From a bacterium (lineage in GTDB: Bacteria > UBA8248): a stretch of 64,000 nt of DNA. The translations under genes and the position numbers were made by a program. Within the stretch, counting starts at the first letter, position 1; each line of letters begins with the position of its first letter. Shown here in pieces: positions 59,351 through 64,000 of this stretch. The stretch is taken from positions 1,504,001 to 1,568,000 of the forward strand of contig OZ244799.1 of assembly GCA_965219955.1 (NCBI GenBank), written 5' to 3'. The notes under the pieces were generated by a model that did not search any database, was not told the origin of the DNA, and was given only the letters and a program-made list of their open reading frames with translations.

Positions 59351-59761
59351 TCAAGATAATGAAACTAAAGCAATAACAACCATAAACGAAAAAACAAGTA
59401 TTATTGTCGTCGCTGAACCAAAACAACCTGTCCCTTTATTTGCCAATCTTTTTTTATTGCACTCACTACAAACCCAAACTGTCTTTTTTCTTTTATAAGT
59501 ACGAGAACTAATTCTTGGATTCATTCCTCCTCGTTTGTTGGGGCTTCCAATACTAACCCCGGATGAACGTCCCGTTTCCACATATTCCGTATATTCGTGC
59601 ATTTCAGGTTTCGGGAAACGATAATGGCAATCAGGACATTCAGCCGTTGCAACCCTGCCCCTTCTTGGTTTTTTCATTTCTTGTGATTCTGCCGGAATTA
59701 TATCACCGCCCGTATCTTCATCAATAAAATCGTCTGTCATTTTGTTTTTCCCTTCTTCCAT
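59351..59761 (-). CDS. Hypothetical zinc-ribbon protein with C-terminal TM
   Basis: CPDC...CSEC; hydrophobic C-terminus; AT-rich. Confidence 0.6.
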   Translation of the reverse strand: MEEGKNKMTDDFIDEDTGGDIIPAESQEMKKPRRGRVATAECPDCHYRFPKPEMHEYTEYVETGRSSGVSIGSPNKRGGMNPRISSRTYKRKKTVWVCSECNKKRLANKGTGCFGSATTIILVFSFMVVIALVSLS

Positions 59762-59929
59762 TTTCCGCCAATATTTCTACAATCCATAAATGAATTACAT
59801 ATAGGCTAATCGCAATGAGACCCATCGCCACTTAATCCACAGCTTCCCACCTACACAAACATTCCATTGTTTTGGTTCTCCCCAAGCGAGCAAATACATC
59901 CCCGACCTCCCGATAAGGTCGGGCCGTTT

Positions 59930-60037
59930 GCCACACGACTCAGGGATCGATGGTGGGTTCGCTCATCTTCCTGCGAGGAAGCGGTGTTGTATACCGCGGG
60001 CGACGCAGCGAGCAGGTCAATCCATAGGTTATGTGGC
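59930..60037 (-). ncRNA. Candidate structured ncRNA, copy A
   Basis: Preceded by TTGACA-17-CAAGAT; 5' and 3' ends pair; internal hairpins; homologous to 60581-60689. Confidence 0.5.
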
Positions 60038-60128
60038 GAAGAATATCTTGATTGCGATACCGGAATCTGTCAAGCGAGAGGGCCGGGTCGCGACCTGTCC
60101 CTGCAATAGAACCCCGACCGGCCCTCAA

Positions 60129-60354
60129 GGGACTGTTGAAAAAGCCTCGATGAACGAGGGATGGAGAATTATGGCCGCGCTCGCCGCGGATGAAAATTTC
60201 AACCGTAGGGGCGTCGAACTTCCCGAAGAGGGAAGTTCGACCGTGCCCGCCCGTATCGGGAACGTCCATGCCCGTAAAAAGCCTCGGACAGGCACGGAGG
60301 CCTGTCCCTACGGCGAACAATCTCGAAGGTCGGATAGGGGTTTTCAACAGCCCC
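60129..60354. mobile_element. MITE-like element with GTAG-REP cargo
   Basis: TIRs GGGACTGTTGAAAA / TTTTCAACAGCCCC; TCAA directly flanks both ends (possible 4-bp target duplication). Confidence 0.65.
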
Positions 60355-60580
60355 TCAAGCGGGCAGTGGTTCCCGGCCTTCGAAATTCTTCACCGACGAG
60401 CAATGTCGACAAAAAATCCATTCAAGAAGCCAGACAAGAACCAAAACCCTTAAACGCTGCCCAAACGCCAGGCAAATGCCCACCAAATGGGTATTGTTTT
60501 CGGGAAGTCGATCTTGATGTAATCCAGACAAGTTCTCCTAGCGAAGGAAACACGTTTCGACCCCTACAATCGGGTCGATT

Positions 60581-60689
60581 GCCACATAACCTATAGACTC
60601 TTGGGTAGGTTCCCGCGTATTCCCGCAAGGAAGCGGTGTTGTATTCCGCAGGCGACCCGACTAGCAGGTCAAGCCATAGGTTATGTGGC
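60581..60689 (-). ncRNA. Candidate structured ncRNA, copy B
   Basis: Preceded by TTGACA-17-CAAGAT; perfect 14-bp terminal stem GCCACATAACCTAT/ATAGGTTATGTGGC. Confidence 0.55.
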
Positions 60690-60988
60690 GAGAAATATCT
60701 TGATTGTGATGTTGAAATTTGTCAAGCGAAACCAATTCGTTAAAACGGGGATAGGTGATGTCTTGACTCGAGCGGACACGCCGGATAGCAAAGCGGGAGT
60801 TCCGGCACCCCTTCACCACTTCAAACCATAAATATCCCATAAAAGAGATATTCAGCCTCAAATACTCCTTATATATACCATTATTAAGTAGATATTTATT
60901 AAAATTTCTCTTTAATATCTCATTAAATAAAGCGTATTATGTTTTCAGGATACGGAGTCAACAAACTTTTCCGCATGAGGTTCATACG

Positions 60989-61966
60989 ATGAAGATACAC
61001 CCCGAAACACTGAAAAGGCTGCGCAAGGCGCGGGGATGGAGCCAGCAGGAACTGGCCGATAAGGCGAAGATCGAAAAGAAGACCATCGGCCGTCTCGAGA
61101 GCGCAAACGGAGGCGAAGCGCGAGAATCCACCGCCCGGTTGCTCGCCTCCGCTCTGAAGCTGGGGAATCCCCGGATTCTGGCGCTTGGCCCCGAATCAGA
61201 AGCGGTGCGGGACGAAGTATCCCGGATCAACTTCGATTCCGGCGGCTCAGGCCCCAGGGTTCATCTCGACAGCGAAACCGCCCTCGCCTACAACATGGTG
61301 GAGGAACACTACGGGGTGGAGATGCACAGACTAATCGAGGAGGCCCCCATGCTCTTCACACTCCTCGCCGAAGCGAGCTTGGCCGAGCGCCGCCGCCATG
61401 TCGAGGAAGCAAGAGCCGTCCTCGAAGAATTCAACCGCACCCTGCCCGCGCATCTCGCAGACTCCGGGTGGGCATACCAGGAGGAGGAGGAATCCATCGG
61501 GAGGCGCGACCTGTTCCGCCACCCCGGAAACCTCGAGTGGGACGATCCCCGCTGGGAGGAGTATCGGGAAAACGGAAACCCCTTCTCCAACTTCCTGAAG
61601 CGACTGGCTGAAAATCTGAAAGCCGACAACGGCGCGCTCGACCCCGCCGACGTCGAGTTCGACCCCGACATCAGCTGCAGGGGCTATCTTTTTCCCGAGC
61701 TCCGCGCGCACATCACAGGCGGTTCACGGCGCGCCGAGTGGGCCCTCTCCCACGGCCACGTGCGCCTCGGGCAGATACCCAAACGCCTGCGCGGCGAGGG
61801 CGAAGACGCCGCCCGGGAGCGCGCCGAATGGCTGGAGGCGCAAATCACGGACGATGAATGGGCTAAATGTGAGGAGATGATGGCCGCCGCCGTGAAACTC
61901 GGGAAAATGTTGGCGGGCGGAACCGATTCTGACGATGAGGCGGACGAACAGGAGAATCGATCATGA
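60989..61966 (+). CDS. XRE-family HTH protein with a long C-terminal domain
   Basis: LKRLRKARGWSQQELADKAKIEKKTIGRLE. Confidence 0.85.
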   Translation: MKIHPETLKRLRKARGWSQQELADKAKIEKKTIGRLESANGGEARESTARLLASALKLGNPRILALGPESEAVRDEVSRINFDSGGSGPRVHLDSETALAYNMVEEHYGVEMHRLIEEAPMLFTLLAEASLAERRRHVEEARAVLEEFNRTLPAHLADSGWAYQEEEESIGRRDLFRHPGNLEWDDPRWEEYRENGNPFSNFLKRLAENLKADNGALDPADVEFDPDISCRGYLFPELRAHITGGSRRAEWALSHGHVRLGQIPKRLRGEGEDAARERAEWLEAQITDDEWAKCEEMMAAAVKLGKMLAGGTDSDDEADEQENRS

Positions 61967-62136
61967 TGAATGAAGTGACAAAGCACAACATTCACGAAAA
62001 AGCGATGGAATGGGTCAATAAGATGGCGAAGGATTGGATTCGGGAAGGACTCGGCCAGGAACAGATGTTTGACAGGGCATGGTTGCGCTACGGACTCGTG
62101 GCGTATCGAGCAAACAATACAGCCGGGAAAGGATGA
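61963..62136 (+). CDS. Small hypothetical protein (57 aa, not in ORF track)
   Basis: ATGA overlap with the XRE gene stop; AGGAGA RBS; MMNEVTKHNIHEKAMEW... Confidence 0.45.
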   Translation: MMNEVTKHNIHEKAMEWVNKMAKDWIREGLGQEQMFDRAWLRYGLVAYRANNTAGKG

Positions 62137-62140
62137 GGCG

Positions 62141-62305
62141 ATGGCGAATGATTCCATCTTTACCGCCGCGGAAAAAATAGCGCTCATAGCGGCGTTGGGC
62201 AGGATGGGCGCAATCAGCGATTCACTCGAAAGAATCGCCGACGCTCTGGAGCGGGCATATCCGCCCCCGCCGAAGCCCGAGAAGAAGGGCTGGTTCAAAT
62301 CGTAA
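62141..62305 (+). CDS. Small hypothetical protein (54 aa)
   Basis: GAGG RBS; SLERIADALER helix; KKGWF tail. Confidence 0.55.
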   Translation: MANDSIFTAAEKIALIAALGRMGAISDSLERIADALERAYPPPPKPEKKGWFKS

Positions 62306-62348
62306 AGCCGCGTTTTCCTGATACCGGACAGATGCAGAAGGAGAAAAC

Positions 62349-63320
62349 ATGAACGCCGAATGTTTGATTCAGTGGAACCGCCTGAAGAGAGAAGCAGGTG
62401 AGGATTTCCCCTTTGAAAGGCTCGGATGCGGCATCGACGCATACCTGCAAGAAAACGGAGAGAGCGGCGAGCGGACCGTATGCGCAATTCTCAGGGCCAT
62501 CCGGGAGGCGCTCAAGTGCTCCGGGCATGAGGATGAGGCCGTGAGGCGCAAGGCCGGGAAACTCCTCAAGAGCTGCCGCCATACTATCGATGAAGCCTGC
62601 AAGAATGCAGAGCACTTCCGCAAGGCGTTGACCGAGGCCCGCGAGAGGCGCGCCGAAGCAGAAGCAAAACCCGGCGCCATCCCATTGAGCGGAAAATACA
62701 GGCTCGAAGAGGTGCTCTCCCTCAACAGGCTCATGGCCACCGGAAAAACTCTCGAACTCTGCGTTCGCAAGCGCGAGGATGCGCAAAGTTATTGGAAGGA
62801 GGTCGAGTCCGGCGAATCCAGGCTGTGGCTGCTCCTGAAGGGAGAAGAACCATTCGCCCTGCTCAAGATCGATTTGGAGAAGAGCGAGGCTGTGGAATTC
62901 TCCGCCCACGGTAACGACGATCCCGAAATTTCATACGGGTTGGCTATGGAGCTTCTCCATAAACTCGGCGTCACCGCCGATAACGAAACTTCATTCGCCC
63001 GCGTGGGCGCATTCGGCAGGTTCAAGGGCGGGCGGCCCGAAGTCGAACCTGCCCGCGTCGGCGATTTGGAAATGTGGATCTGGTACTACGGAGACGAACT
63101 CATCGTGGGGATGGAAGAGCACCCCGACGGGAAACTCTCCTGGTCCCGCTTCCGGTTGACAAGGGAGACCTGCCGGAACCAGCTGGAATGGGACGATGAT
63201 TTCGGCAACCACCTCAGCCTGGGGATGCTCTTCGAGATCGTCCGGCGCAATCCCCACCTTCTGGAAAAACTCCGCTCCCCCGCCCTGGGGGAATCGCCCC
63301 GTCTCGAAATCGCCGCCTGA
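62349..63320 (+). CDS. Hypothetical protein (weak PcfJ-like segment)
   Basis: AAGGAG RBS; 323 aa; L..TGK.LELCV segment. Confidence 0.7.
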   Translation: MNAECLIQWNRLKREAGEDFPFERLGCGIDAYLQENGESGERTVCAILRAIREALKCSGHEDEAVRRKAGKLLKSCRHTIDEACKNAEHFRKALTEARERRAEAEAKPGAIPLSGKYRLEEVLSLNRLMATGKTLELCVRKREDAQSYWKEVESGESRLWLLLKGEEPFALLKIDLEKSEAVEFSAHGNDDPEISYGLAMELLHKLGVTADNETSFARVGAFGRFKGGRPEVEPARVGDLEMWIWYYGDELIVGMEEHPDGKLSWSRFRLTRETCRNQLEWDDDFGNHLSLGMLFEIVRRNPHLLEKLRSPALGESPRLEIAA

Positions 63321-63420
63321 GCGTCCTTCTCCTCTCCTCATCCCCGAGACATCCCCCCCGCCAATTTCAAGAACCCTCAAGATTCGGCTGGGGACGAAGG
63401 CGCGCAACTCCCCCCTCTTC

Positions 63421-63618
63421 GGGGCTGTTGAAAAAGTCCTCACATCTCCCTCACCCTGAGTAGCGGCGAAGCCGCGTATCGAAGGGCGCGCGTCCCTCGA
63501 TACGGCGCGCAAGCGCGCCTGCTCGGGATGAGGGGATTGTCCCGCGCCTCTGGAGACCCGATCGGGACGAGGGGGGTAAAGCGACACCCCCCGATGAAGG
63601 AGTTTTTCAAAAACTCCC
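63421..63618. repeat. MITE-like element with CTGAGTAGC-family doublet
   Basis: GGGGCTGTTGAAAAAG ... TTTTTCAAAAACTCC. Confidence 0.6.
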
Positions 63619-63870
63619 CCCCGGCCGGTCTTGACCCCGCATTTGCCCTCATCCGGGAACGCGGCGCGCACGGCGCCATCCACACGGATTCCCACACGCG
63701 CAGCCGGGTCGAATTTCCGAAAAATAAGATAAAATCAGATAAATTCACGGGGTTTTTCGATAAATTGGTGATGAATTTTTCTGGGCTTTGACGCCGCGGA
63801 ATCCGGGCGCAGGGGAATTCTGCCACGGCCCGAGAGTCGTTCGATGACGGCAAATGCGCGGACTTGCGGG

Positions 63871-63999
63871 CTAGCGCAGCGAAGTCACCAGAATCACGCC
63901 CGCCACGGTGATGAGCACGCCCAAAACGATGCGCGGGGTGATCCTCTCGCGCCTGCCGAGTATCAGGGGCGCCAGCACGAGCATAAAGAGCGGCACCGT
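63871..63999 (-). CDS. EamA/DMT-family transporter, C-terminal fragment (runs off window)
   Basis: TVPLFMLVLAPLILGRRERITPRIVLGVLITVAGVILVTSLR-stop. Confidence 0.8.
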   Translation of the reverse strand, partial: TVPLFMLVLAPLILGRRERITPRIVLGVLITVAGVILVTSLR

Positions 64000-64000
64000 C

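Noticed and set aside
59928-60596. 222-aa ORF spanning the RNA candidate and MITE
   Set aside because: It is made of repeat-derived sequence, with a TTG start lacking an RBS and no protein motifs.
60581-60689. Integron attC site (ACATAAC ... GTTATGT)
   Set aside because: The arms pair continuously with no unpaired central spacer or clear L boxes, there is no cassette ORF ending at it and no integrase, and a promoter points into it.

Overview
GC-rich bacterial chromosomal segment with no rRNA, tRNA, CRISPR array or transposase detected. The main feature is an 11-gene co-directional cluster (45622-57770). It joins an iodate-reductase-like core (two diheme cytochrome c peroxidases, a Tat-exported Rieske subunit and an AioA-clade molybdoenzyme) to a monoheme cytochrome c and a second Rieske/cytochrome b complex that carries a GltD-like FAD/FeS NAD(P) oxidoreductase, an architecture known from anammox bc complexes. 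A separate b6f-like complex (Rieske, petB, petD-like) has candidate partner genes scattered over 24-37 kb. Other notable elements are an uncharacterised operon of two ATP-grasp proteins, a DUF1611-type P-loop protein and an Npt-HEAT-cNMP fusion, divergent from a peptide ABC/deacetylase operon; a split Cfa-like methyltransferase flanking a geranylgeranyl-reductase-like gene; and a TetR-htrA-copA-copZ operon. A duplicated ~110-nt structured RNA candidate with its own sigma70 promoter lies in a low-GC accessory region (58-63 kb). Intergenic spacers contain many nested REP/MITE-like repeats. Housekeeping genes include a relA/spoT homologue, nfi and ddl. All calls come from motif recognition by eye; no database searches were run.
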